Below, piece by piece: positions 42,974 through 52,259 of a stretch of 53,428 nucleotides of DNA. This stretch comes from a virus (taxonomy: Duplodnaviria > Caudoviricetes), in IMG/VR virus record IMGVR_UViG_3300032303_001488, positions 1 to 53,428 of that record, one strand, 5' to 3'. How positions within the stretch are numbered: the stretch's first letter is position 1; each line of letters begins with the position of its first letter. The notes beneath the pieces are model-generated. The model did not search any database, was not told the DNA's origin, and saw only the letters and a list, made by a program, of their open reading frames with translations. A program made the position numbers and the translations under genes.

Positions 42974-43465
42974 ATGTTTTCAACCGGCAGTTACACCCCC
43001 ACCTACGACGCGCCCATCAAAGCCACTGGCGATGTGGCTAGAAAGATGCGCAACGACGCCGCTGGCCAGATGGCCTACTACGGCGATAACCGTCAATACA
43101 ACCAAGGGGCAGGCAAGGGCGTGGCTGCGGGCGGCAAGGGTGCCCAGTTTCGGGCGGCACTGACCGGGGATATTGAGTCTGCCAAGCGGGCTACGGCTGC
43201 GAACGCCGGGATGCTCGACTACCTCAAGGACAACGCCACAGAGGATTTGCGGTACGCCTCGGGTGCCGCCGACGAGCGTAATTCTCTGGCCAGCCTGCTA
43301 CTCGACCGCGACAAGATCAACACCGACTTCGACCTGTCTGGCCAGAAACGCCGGATGGAGTCGCAGCTTGCACAAGCCCAGCGGGATGCGAGCCAGAAGG
43401 CCGCTGACTACGCCCGCAATGCCCGAACCTCTCAGTCCCTCCTTGGCCTATTTGGATTGGCATAA
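42974..43465 (+). CDS. Putative ejection/internal virion protein
   Basis: A/Q-rich, ends LLGLFGLA like the previous gene. Confidence 0.6.
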   Translation: MFSTGSYTPTYDAPIKATGDVARKMRNDAAGQMAYYGDNRQYNQGAGKGVAAGGKGAQFRAALTGDIESAKRATAANAGMLDYLKDNATEDLRYASGAADERNSLASLLLDRDKINTDFDLSGQKRRMESQLAQAQRDASQKAADYARNARTSQSLLGLFGLA

Positions 43466-43469
43466 AGAC

Positions 43470-43841
43470 ATGAAACACGAAGCTGAAATCGAACTTGAGT
43501 TTGACATCGCTGACATCAAGCCCTCGGCACTGGCCCGCATGTTTAAGCAGGCCATGAAACGCGAGGCCATGCGAACGCTCCCGTCCGACAAGCGGAAGGC
43601 CGCTGCGGAGGACGAGGAAGAAGAAGAGGACGAGGATTACGCCGATGGGTCTGACGATAGCGAAGTCGGTGAGGAGATGGACAAGCTGGCCGATCTCAAG
43701 GCCGAGTCTGGCTCTGCGCCACCCATCCCTGTGCAGAAGGACGACCTAGCTAAGTCTACGGCCCGCAAGTTGAGCGACGACCTCGCAGCCGCTCGCGGCA
43801 AGTCCAAGTCAAACCCAGGTGCGAAATCCGACAATGGCTAG
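43470..43841 (+). CDS. Hypothetical charged protein
   Basis: MKHEAEIEL start directly after previous stop. Confidence 0.65.
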   Translation: MKHEAEIELEFDIADIKPSALARMFKQAMKREAMRTLPSDKRKAAAEDEEEEEDEDYADGSDDSEVGEEMDKLADLKAESGSAPPIPVQKDDLAKSTARKLSDDLAAARGKSKSNPGAKSDNG

Positions 43842-45639
43842 TAAGAAACCACCCAAGGCCAAGGGCAAAAAGGCTGCGTCGAAGAAGCTCGACGGCGGGC
43901 TGACGCGGAAGAAGGACAAGAGCCTCGAAGGCGAGAACGGCTTGCTGGCCGAGGTGCCAAGTCGCGGCATGCTGGGCCGCGCAACTGTGAGCAGTCACCT
44001 CCGCAAGTTTCTAGCCGATGCCAAAAAGAGCGGAGACTTCAGCCCTGTTCGCCAGTACGCCGAGCGGCTGGACGTTGAGCAGCAGAGAAGCCCTGACGAG
44101 CCGATTCTGGCCCCGTTCATGGAAGCTCTCTCGCAGTTGCCGTCTGCCGACCAGAGCCTCATTCGTGAGCAGCTCTCCGACCTCAACAGCTTCGCCCTGC
44201 CGAGCATGCGCGACCGCGATGTTGACCCCATCGATGCCGCCCAAATTGCCTCCATGGCTGACGAAACAGGGGCGATGCCGCCCGTCGAGAGCAACCTTGA
44301 ATCCTCGCAGCTTGGGGCCTTGCAGCAGCTACAAGAGCTATACAACTCGCAGTCAGAGGCTCGCCAAAACGTCCCCGACTTTGACAACACGCCCGAGGGG
44401 CGAGGGATTCAGCGGGCCATTGAGCAGATCGTCAAGGACAACGGGCTTGAGGAGTTTGGCGGCCCCGACCTGACGGTGGTGGACGCTCCCGAGCCGACCG
44501 CCGCTCCCGGCCCCACCAAGCCGTTCCGCGTCCCCAACAGCCGCCGTTCCAGCACGTATTTTGGTAGCGGAGTCTCCCAAGGGATGCGGCTCAAGAAGGA
44601 GATGGAGGCTGACCCCGCTAGGGCACTCACGCAGATTGCCGGTGAGCAGATGCGAGAGGTGCAGGCCATTGAGGCCAAGGCCAGACGAGCCGCGAACAAC
44701 GGCTCGAACGTCGATGTGTTTGCCACCCTGCCCAAAGTCGTAACGGGCGTGAGCAAGAAGCAGCAGGACGCCGAGGCGATGCGTGGCGTGTTGCAGGCCG
44801 GGGCCGAGACACAGATCAACGATGCCGACAGCCTGCCCGAGGAACTCAGACAGCCTGCATCGCTGGGAATCCCCGTTCGCAGCAATCCCACCGACTATCA
44901 AATCGCGTCTAGGAACAAGCCGCAGGCCGAGCAAATTGTCGAACGCCTCATCAAGGCGTCGGGGGCAAGTACCGGCTCGACCGGCCTGCTCGACACCTTG
45001 AGCAAGGATTCGGCAGGCAGATACAGCATGGCAGAAACCGGCGAGGCCCCCGAGGGCATTGTCAACCTCGACAAGCTGTTCCCCGGCCATCGGGCTGTGT
45101 TCATGGGCAAGGAGGGTGATGCTCTCACCCATTCCCACGCCCATCGCACCGCTGATCTGGTGGCCAGATTGATAACAGGCAAGTTGGAGGAGGCCCTCGG
45201 GTACGAGCTGGGGCAGGACTTTGTAGACAAAATCACGCCCCTCATGCAGCGTTCGATGGACTTTGCTGACGAGAACCCGCCCGCCCCCGGCACCACTGCC
45301 TATTCGTGGTGGGATCAAAGAGCGCAGCCGGGGCCGCAGGGCATGCAGTTCCTACAAGGGCTTATTGGCGAGAACGACGGGTATAGCACTCGCCCCATTA
45401 CGGGCCAGCCCGCGAGAGTCGAAGGCCCGCCGCCGCCGCTCGAACTGGACGACATCGAAGCCGACATGGGCGAAATCGCCCCGCCGCCGCCCCCCGGCTC
45501 GAAGTCGGCCCCTCCCGCCCCCATCGATATGGGCGATGAGGACATCGACATTTCCAACGACGTTGGTGCAAATATGGGTATGGGAATGGGCAGTCTCGCA
45601 GTAAGCCCGCTCCTCCGAAGAATCCTCTCCCGAGCATAA
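43834..45639 (+). CDS. Hypothetical protein, possible internal virion protein
   Basis: About 600 aa; basic N-terminus; located in virion block. Confidence 0.7.
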   Translation: MASKKPPKAKGKKAASKKLDGGLTRKKDKSLEGENGLLAEVPSRGMLGRATVSSHLRKFLADAKKSGDFSPVRQYAERLDVEQQRSPDEPILAPFMEALSQLPSADQSLIREQLSDLNSFALPSMRDRDVDPIDAAQIASMADETGAMPPVESNLESSQLGALQQLQELYNSQSEARQNVPDFDNTPEGRGIQRAIEQIVKDNGLEEFGGPDLTVVDAPEPTAAPGPTKPFRVPNSRRSSTYFGSGVSQGMRLKKEMEADPARALTQIAGEQMREVQAIEAKARRAANNGSNVDVFATLPKVVTGVSKKQQDAEAMRGVLQAGAETQINDADSLPEELRQPASLGIPVRSNPTDYQIASRNKPQAEQIVERLIKASGASTGSTGLLDTLSKDSAGRYSMAETGEAPEGIVNLDKLFPGHRAVFMGKEGDALTHSHAHRTADLVARLITGKLEEALGYELGQDFVDKITPLMQRSMDFADENPPAPGTTAYSWWDQRAQPGPQGMQFLQGLIGENDGYSTRPITGQPARVEGPPPPLELDDIEADMGEIAPPPPPGSKSAPPAPIDMGDEDIDISNDVGANMGMGMGSLAVSPLLRRILSRA

Positions 45640-45643
45640 TTAC

Positions 45644-46708
45644 ATGGCACTGACAGCAGCACAAAAGGCAGCACTGGCAGCAAAGAAGAAGGCTGCGGCA
45701 GCGGCAGAGGCGGCTAAGAACAAGCCGAAGCCCGCCCCGGCCAAGCCCAAGGCTACGCCCAGCCCCGCGCCCGCACCTATCGACGGCCCGCGCAACCCTC
45801 TCAACGTACCGTTTAGCCAGCGGCTCAATGCCGCCATCACGAAGCTGCTCAAGGAGCAGGGCGCAAGTGACCAAGATATTGCCACGCAACTGGCTGCGGC
45901 TGACACCATCATGGAGAAGGACGCTCTTCTGCGTCGGCTCAAGAACCCCCAAGACGCTGACCCTATTTCCACGCCTGCGGATTTAGGGCCGGTGCCGAAG
46001 AAGAAGGGCCAGCGGAAGGGCAAGAAGGACGATACCCCAGCCCCTATTGAAGAAGATGATGCTGAAGTGGAAGCGGAAGAGGAGCCGAAGCCCAAAAAGA
46101 AGGGCCGTTCCACCAAGGGCCAGCCCCGCGCTAAGGACGGCAAATACAACATGCCCGAAGGGCCGCTGCCCGAGGCTGTGAAGCCCGACAAGGCTGCCGC
46201 CAAGACTGCACCTAAGAAGGCCAAAAAGGTTGCAACTGACGAGAACCTGGATGCAGAAGAAGAAGTTGCTGCACCCCCGAAGAGAGTTTCTAGCAAGGCA
46301 GAGTATCTCCCCGGCTACAGAGATCCGATCCTCGCGCCGGTCTACGGTGCCGCGAAGGCCCTATACAAGTACCCCGTCAGTTTGCCAGTGGGCGGGACAC
46401 TAGCAGCATACCTAGCGGCACAAGCTCTCAAGGGATTCGCGCCAGCCCCGCCCGCATCTTCACCTCCCCCCGGCCCGCCCATGGCAGTCGGTGATACGCA
46501 GCAGCCTCCGGGTGGCGAGTTCATTCCGGTGCTGCCGCCAGACGAGGACGAGGAGGAGCAGATGCCCGCACGGGGGCAGGCTATCCCGCAGGAGGATATG
46601 GCCGAGGGCATGGAACAGGACGGCGAGCGGCGATTCTTCTTCGAGAAGCCAGCCAATCCTGCTGGTGGCCCAACTGACATCATCCGACAATACCGCCAAA
46701 ACAGGTAG
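45644..46708 (+). CDS. Lys/Ala/Pro-rich low-complexity protein
   Basis: Histone-H1-like composition in the N-terminal half. Confidence 0.7.
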   Translation: MALTAAQKAALAAKKKAAAAAEAAKNKPKPAPAKPKATPSPAPAPIDGPRNPLNVPFSQRLNAAITKLLKEQGASDQDIATQLAAADTIMEKDALLRRLKNPQDADPISTPADLGPVPKKKGQRKGKKDDTPAPIEEDDAEVEAEEEPKPKKKGRSTKGQPRAKDGKYNMPEGPLPEAVKPDKAAAKTAPKKAKKVATDENLDAEEEVAAPPKRVSSKAEYLPGYRDPILAPVYGAAKALYKYPVSLPVGGTLAAYLAAQALKGFAPAPPASSPPPGPPMAVGDTQQPPGGEFIPVLPPDEDEEEQMPARGQAIPQEDMAEGMEQDGERRFFFEKPANPAGGPTDIIRQYRQNR

Positions 46709-46714
46709 GACAAT

Positions 46715-47071
46715 ATGGCCGTCATTTACATCGCTCGCACTACGGAACTCCTGACCAATAGCGTAACGGCAGCGGCCACTACCGCTACGGCTGGGATCAC
46801 GCCGTTTAGTCTCAACTCAGCCAGCGGGGCACTGCTTATGTGCAGTGCTACCAGCACAGCCGCCGCCATGGTGGTGAAGTTCTACGCAGGCGTTACCGCC
46901 GCAGGCCCGTTCTACGAACTGCGAGACTCCACCAATACGGCCATCTCACTGACTGTCGCACCGAACGGTTGCTACGACTGCCCCGCAGAACTCTTTGCCG
47001 CACCCTACATCGCCATTACCACACCGGCTGCGGGCAACACCGCTACGTTCTCAATCGCCACCAAGTCGTAG
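46715..47071 (+). CDS. Putative virion structural protein
   Basis: AGGA RBS; T/A-rich beta-like sequence. Confidence 0.7.
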   Translation: MAVIYIARTTELLTNSVTAAATTATAGITPFSLNSASGALLMCSATSTAAAMVVKFYAGVTAAGPFYELRDSTNTAISLTVAPNGCYDCPAELFAAPYIAITTPAAGNTATFSIATKS

Positions 47072-47081
47072 TGTTACGCCC

Positions 47082-47282
47082 ATGCCACAAGACCAGCGTA
47101 GGCTGCGGCCTAGAAAAAAGAAGGTCACTGTTCCCGTCGTCGTCGCCTTCTTCTTAGGGACAGAAGGCTCGCCGCCGGATCGGATTATTGCAGAAAACAA
47201 TGACTATTTGATCTGCGAGCAAACAGATATTTCGACCGCCACCATCACCTACTTCGACTTCATCAACTTCCGTTTCTTCTAG
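47082..47282 (+). CDS. Small hypothetical protein
   Basis: MPQDQRRLRP; DRIIAENNDYLICEQ resembles fibre-attachment peptides. Confidence 0.55.
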   Translation: MPQDQRRLRPRKKKVTVPVVVAFFLGTEGSPPDRIIAENNDYLICEQTDISTATITYFDFINFRFF

Positions 47283-47297
47283 TAACAGGTAGCACTC

Positions 47298-47657
47298 ATG
47301 GCAGTACCGAATCTCAATACACCGGCCACTACTGTCAATGGCAGGCTGGCCGTGGTGGCTCTCACCACCTCGTCGCAGAACATTGTCAGCGTCGGGTCAA
47401 ACGAAACCCGCTCCGTTCGCGTCCGCAGCATGTTCGTCAACAACAAAACTGTGAACACGCAGACTGCAACGCTGAACCTTGTGCGCGGGGGCGTGACATA
47501 CCCCATAGTTTTCGAGGCGTCTGTCATTCGCAATTCCATCTACAACATTGCAAGCCTTGATGATGCGCTGTACCTCGAACCCGGCGACACCATTACCGCG
47601 ACCGCCGGTGCCGCATCAGCAATTACACTGTTCATTAGCTACGAGGACTGTTTCTGA
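47298..47657 (+). CDS. Putative tail-fibre-associated structural protein
   Basis: MAVPNL...LYLEPGDTI.A......ISYE pattern. Confidence 0.7.
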   Translation: MAVPNLNTPATTVNGRLAVVALTTSSQNIVSVGSNETRSVRVRSMFVNNKTVNTQTATLNLVRGGVTYPIVFEASVIRNSIYNIASLDDALYLEPGDTITATAGAASAITLFISYEDCF

Positions 47658-49996
47658 TGCCCAAGAGCAACGGCGGTCATCGCAACGGAAGCCCCGATGC
47701 TGCGGATACACTGTCCCCGGCTCGCCTAGCCGTACTGGGCGGCAGTATTCCCATCTCACAGGTGCAAGAGCTGCGCAAGATTCCATCTGCGCTGCCGTCG
47801 CTGTTCCCACCGTCGCCAGTGCAAGGTCTGGCGGTTACATACCCTGACAGCACATCCATTCGCTTGGCGTGGTCGGCCCCCGCAGACAATGGCGGCTCTG
47901 CCGTACTTGGCTACAAGGTGTCAGCGGTCAACCAAGACACCGGCAGTCCTGTCTACTCTTCTGCGTCCTATGACACCTCACCGCTCACTATCACCAGCCT
48001 GACCGCAGGCACAGCTTTTACGGCCACAGTGTTCGCCGTTAACGCTATTGGACAGGGCAGTGGCAGTAGTATTGCGGCGACTACGCAGGCTTCTGCCCCC
48101 GGCGCGCCGACTAGTCTGTCTGGAACCGCTGGCGATTCGCAGGCCGCCCTGTCGTGGACGTTACCCAGCAGTAATGGTGGCGCAGTTATCACTGGCTACG
48201 TGATCGAATACACGCCATCTGGCGGCTCGGCTACCACTGTTAGCACCGGCTCCGCTGCCGCTTTGTTCACACTGTCGGGACTCATCAACGGCACTGCACA
48301 TTCCATTAGGGTTGCCGCTGTCAATTCGGTGGGCCGAGGATCGTACTCTAGTAGCGTCAGCGTCACGCCCGCGACCGTTCCCGGTGCCCCAACCGCACTG
48401 GCCGCTACGTCTGATACAGACTCCGCTGTGCCGCTGGCATGGACTGCACCGTCCAGCAATGGCGGTGCTTCAATTACTAGCTATGTAGTGGAGTGGACGC
48501 CATCCGGCGGGTCTGCCTCGACCGTCAACACCGGCTCCGCTACGGCCAGCTATACCAAGACAGGGCTGACTAACGGAACAGAATACAGCTTCCGAGTAGC
48601 GGCAGTCAATTCTGCGGGCCAAGGCGCATGGAGCAGCAGTGCCACTGCCACTCCGAATATCAGCTACACCTCCACCGCTGTGATGCTGACCAGCGGCACC
48701 AGCTACACAGTCCCGTCCGGTGCCAACTCCATGAAGATTTGGGCCGTTGGTCCGGGTGGCCCGCCTAGCTGGAACGGAGGTGGTGGTGGCGTTGGTTATC
48801 GTACCTTCTCTTGCACTGGTGGTAGTACGATCACTTACTCAGTTGGTACTAATGGCGGCACTACTAGCGTCACATACAACGGCATCAACATCAAAGGCTT
48901 TGGCGGGCTTGCAAATGGTCTTAGCCTTCTCAAAAGCCAAATGAATCCCACCTACATTTACCAGTTTATAGCTAATGGCGGTATGTTTGGCGGTGACGTT
49001 GATGGCGGTGCCCAAGGCGGGCGGTCCCGCTACGCTGACACTTCGGCTACTTCAAGCGGTGCTGTCGGTCAGGGCGGTGGTGGATCGGATGAGTACCATG
49101 ACACCTCTAGTGAAACCGGCACCTTGACAAGCTGCAAGCGAATCCCAGCGGGAGATGTAAGTGGTCTTTTTTCTGCGTTAGCGTTGGCCGGCGTCAGCAC
49201 AACCGAAACTTGCGGCTCTACCGCCGCGTTCGGATCGGGGGGATTTAACTATAAGTACGGTACTCCTAAAGCAAACGGCATCGGTGGCGGCGGCATAAAC
49301 ATTGATGGCAATAGTTCCACCGGCGCGGTAGTAATCAAATTCCTCGGGGAGTCCGTATCGAATCCAGCGCGCTCCTATACGCCGACTGCCGTACTTCTCA
49401 CTAGCGGCGCGCAAAACAGTTCAATATACGGCTACAGCGGGGAATTTAACGGTCAGATTAGTGACGGATTTCAGACATACACAGTGCCCGCCGGTGCCAC
49501 CACTGTGAAGGCTTGGGCTGTTGGTGGTGGCGGGTTCCCGTTTGCAGGTGGCGTCTCCTATATGTCATGGCCTGTCTTCGGCGGCCAAAAGATTTATTAT
49601 CGCGTTGGAGCTTCGCAGCATTCCAGTTATGTAATCGGCACTAGAAATAGAGTCGCCGTCGGAAACGCTGGCGTATATCGCGGGCAAGGTAGCGGACTCT
49701 ATTCTGGTGGTGACGGTGGTGCCCAAGGTGGGCAGGGCACCCAATACGGTGATAACGATTGGGGCGGTTCGATTGGCGGTGGCGGCAGTGCCCAGTATGG
49801 CCCCGGCACAAACAGGGTGCGAAAAGCACCAAACGATGTAAGTGGCCTGCTGGCGGCTGTGCAACTTGCCGGTGGTCCCTCCGATTTCGGATACGGAGAC
49901 TACACCGAAAAATACTACAACTTGGCCCCCGGAATTGGCGGTAGCCGCAGAAACGGCAACGGCGGGCAAGGTTGCGTTGTCTTGTATTTTACATAG
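47657..49996 (+). CDS. Fibronectin type III and glycine-rich fibre protein
   Basis: Three FN3 repeats (LAWSAP..NGG..GY...VAAVN..G.G) then two glycine-rich modules (YTVP.GA...K.WAVG.GG). Confidence 0.85.
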   Translation: MPKSNGGHRNGSPDAADTLSPARLAVLGGSIPISQVQELRKIPSALPSLFPPSPVQGLAVTYPDSTSIRLAWSAPADNGGSAVLGYKVSAVNQDTGSPVYSSASYDTSPLTITSLTAGTAFTATVFAVNAIGQGSGSSIAATTQASAPGAPTSLSGTAGDSQAALSWTLPSSNGGAVITGYVIEYTPSGGSATTVSTGSAAALFTLSGLINGTAHSIRVAAVNSVGRGSYSSSVSVTPATVPGAPTALAATSDTDSAVPLAWTAPSSNGGASITSYVVEWTPSGGSASTVNTGSATASYTKTGLTNGTEYSFRVAAVNSAGQGAWSSSATATPNISYTSTAVMLTSGTSYTVPSGANSMKIWAVGPGGPPSWNGGGGGVGYRTFSCTGGSTITYSVGTNGGTTSVTYNGINIKGFGGLANGLSLLKSQMNPTYIYQFIANGGMFGGDVDGGAQGGRSRYADTSATSSGAVGQGGGGSDEYHDTSSETGTLTSCKRIPAGDVSGLFSALALAGVSTTETCGSTAAFGSGGFNYKYGTPKANGIGGGGINIDGNSSTGAVVIKFLGESVSNPARSYTPTAVLLTSGAQNSSIYGYSGEFNGQISDGFQTYTVPAGATTVKAWAVGGGGFPFAGGVSYMSWPVFGGQKIYYRVGASQHSSYVIGTRNRVAVGNAGVYRGQGSGLYSGGDGGAQGGQGTQYGDNDWGGSIGGGGSAQYGPGTNRVRKAPNDVSGLLAAVQLAGGPSDFGYGDYTEKYYNLAPGIGGSRRNGNGGQGCVVLYFT

Positions 49997-50004
49997 GAGA
50001 TTTT

Positions 50005-50508
50005 ATGGGCGATTTACTACGCTGCCCAAACGGGAACGCTCTTGTGCTTACTCCCCGATCCGGGTCGCACTCTCTTTGTGACGCCGCATTGGCGTCGTTC
50101 TGGCCCGACGCACCCAGATTGCCAACGTATCACCCCGCCGCATCCATTCCCATTCAAGAGTTTTTCCCCGCCGACGCCGACGCCGCTACGGCTGTGGGAA
50201 TGGTGGTTCGCAATCCCGTTGAGCGGTTCCGCAGTATGTGCGCGCACCGCCCTAACCGAACCATAGCAGAGCATCTGCAACAGCCGGTGTATGGCCCGCT
50301 CCCCGCAGGCCAGTTCTCAAAGCTGTTTCGGTTTGAGGATCAGTTGCAGGAGTGTGCCGATTGGCTTGGCATCACTACGCCTCTTGAGCAACTTGACCCC
50401 ACTGAGCCGTCAGCCAAGCCCGACCTGTCACCGGAGCAGGAAGCCCGCGTCAGAGAAATCTACGCCGCCGACATTGCCCTGTGGGAATCGTTGCAGCCCA
50501 CCAAATGA
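50005..50508 (+). CDS. Sulfotransferase-family protein
   Basis: PRSGSHSL (5'-PSB-like loop), VRNPVERFRS (3'-PB-like motif), FRFED; AGGAG RBS. Confidence 0.72.
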   Translation: MGDLLRCPNGNALVLTPRSGSHSLCDAALASFWPDAPRLPTYHPAASIPIQEFFPADADAATAVGMVVRNPVERFRSMCAHRPNRTIAEHLQQPVYGPLPAGQFSKLFRFEDQLQECADWLGITTPLEQLDPTEPSAKPDLSPEQEARVREIYAADIALWESLQPTK

Positions 50509-50684
50509 AAAGCCTCATGCTCGAAATCATAATGACACTGGGCCTCACGGGGTTCTGCCTATGGCGATGGACAGTGCTGCTGCCACGGGTCATGCGAGCA
50601 ATTCAGCCAGTGGCAAATGTGGTTTTGCAGAGGCGAAGGGACACAGAAGAAGCAATCCAACTGATTGACACACCCGCGAGGTAA
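50505..50684 (+). CDS. Small membrane protein
   Basis: ATGA coupling; hydrophobic N-terminus. Confidence 0.55.
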   Translation: MKSLMLEIIMTLGLTGFCLWRWTVLLPRVMRAIQPVANVVLQRRRDTEEAIQLIDTPAR

Positions 50685-50686
50685 TC

Positions 50687-52204
50687 ATGCCCGACGTAAA
50701 AATTAGCGGACTGCCCACCGGAACAGTGACCGGGGCCAGCACTGTAGCCGCCGTGATTAGCGGCGTAACATCTAGAACAACAGTGGTGGCGTCTACGCAG
50801 GCCGCACTGAGCGGGCTTGGGGTGTATACGGGGACAGACACCGTAAGCATCGGCACGGCCACTAGCGCGACGGGGCCTCGGCTGCGGGTCTATGGGGCTA
50901 TCACCGGGGCGGTCGGCTCGAACGCTGTCGTCTGTGACTCCTACGTTGCCGCTGATGTGACCAGCTCGGCGCGCAGTTTCCTCGCCTTCCCATCCACGAC
51001 GGCAGCGGCTTTTACCCTCGCGCAGCTTGTCGGCTTCTATTCTGGATTTAATAGCAAGGGGGCGGGGTCCACCATCACCTCGCACATTGGGTTTCTGGCC
51101 GAGTCCAGCATGACGGCAGCTACAAACAATTTTGGCTTTGTTGGAAATATCGCTGCCGCCACGGGGTGCTGGAATATTTACTGCCAGGGCACGGCCCAAA
51201 ACTTTCTGCAAGGGAATACTGGTATCGGTACTTTTCCGCAATCAACCATAAAGCTAAATCTCTACGGCAGCACCACCAACACGAACGGCTTTGTAGGAAT
51301 CCAGACTGTGCAAGACTGCGTTTGCACGGCCACCGGCACTTACTCGGCGTTCGGGAACTATGTCGTGCTGCGCCCAGACACCGCAGTAGGGACGACCAAC
51401 AGCGGTCCGCAGCGCGGCTTTTATATCAACGCGACCCGCAATAACACTTCAGCGTCGGGGACTGACGCTGGAACGGTAACTTACCTCCGGGGCATGGAGG
51501 TCACGTATGGCAACAACGCCGTAAACACGGCATTGACCCCAGCCACCACGCAGACAGTCGGGTTGTTCCTCGCACCGATGAACGGGTACGGCACCTGCAC
51601 GGATATGTACGATCTGTATATCGCCGCAGACACATATTCGTTTGGAACGATCACGAATCACTACGCGGTGTATCAAGCCAGTACGACTGCCAAGAACTAC
51701 TTTGCTGGCAAAGTCGGCATCGGCACCACAAGCCCCGGATCAGCCCTAGAAGTAATCCCCGGTGGCGGGCAGGGCATCAACTGCATCAACAACGGCACTG
51801 GCAGCACAATCAACTATGCCGTTATGGCTCAAGCCGCAGGGGCGGCCACAACGGGTGCCAATACTGGTGTTTATGTCAATGTGAACAATGCCTCGAACAA
51901 TTATGGCGTGCGGATCGTCAATCCCCCCGCAGGCGCGAATAACTGGGCTATCTACTCTGATTCGGCTGCGCAGTCCTACTTCGTGGGCAATATCGGGATC
52001 GGTACTGGCATCACCGTCCCCACCAGCCAGTTGGATGTAAGTGGTAATTCCATACGCATACGGTCATCAAGTAGCCCGACTTCCGCTGCCACGGCGGGCA
52101 ACGCTGGCGAGATTCGCTGGGACAGCGGATACCTCTATATCTGCACGACCACAGGGGCCGCCGGGGCTGCGGTTTGGAAACGGGCTGCACTCACGGCGGT
52201 CTAG
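50687..52204 (+). CDS. Tail fibre protein
   Basis: MPDVKISGLP N-terminus; repeated GNxGIGT/KVGIGTTSP..ALEV; C-terminal GEIRWDSGYLYIC...WKR. Confidence 0.85.
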   Translation: MPDVKISGLPTGTVTGASTVAAVISGVTSRTTVVASTQAALSGLGVYTGTDTVSIGTATSATGPRLRVYGAITGAVGSNAVVCDSYVAADVTSSARSFLAFPSTTAAAFTLAQLVGFYSGFNSKGAGSTITSHIGFLAESSMTAATNNFGFVGNIAAATGCWNIYCQGTAQNFLQGNTGIGTFPQSTIKLNLYGSTTNTNGFVGIQTVQDCVCTATGTYSAFGNYVVLRPDTAVGTTNSGPQRGFYINATRNNTSASGTDAGTVTYLRGMEVTYGNNAVNTALTPATTQTVGLFLAPMNGYGTCTDMYDLYIAADTYSFGTITNHYAVYQASTTAKNYFAGKVGIGTTSPGSALEVIPGGGQGINCINNGTGSTINYAVMAQAAGAATTGANTGVYVNVNNASNNYGVRIVNPPAGANNWAIYSDSAAQSYFVGNIGIGTGITVPTSQLDVSGNSIRIRSSSSPTSAATAGNAGEIRWDSGYLYICTTTGAAGAAVWKRAALTAV

Positions 52205-52259
52205 TGTCGCTGGTCGGCACCCAGCGACCATATTTCTATAGCCACACTAGGAGCCTGCA

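Noticed and set aside
47657-52204. Diversity-generating retroelement acting on fibre genes
   Set aside because: No reverse transcriptase recognised; duplicated modules differ at all base types, not only adenines
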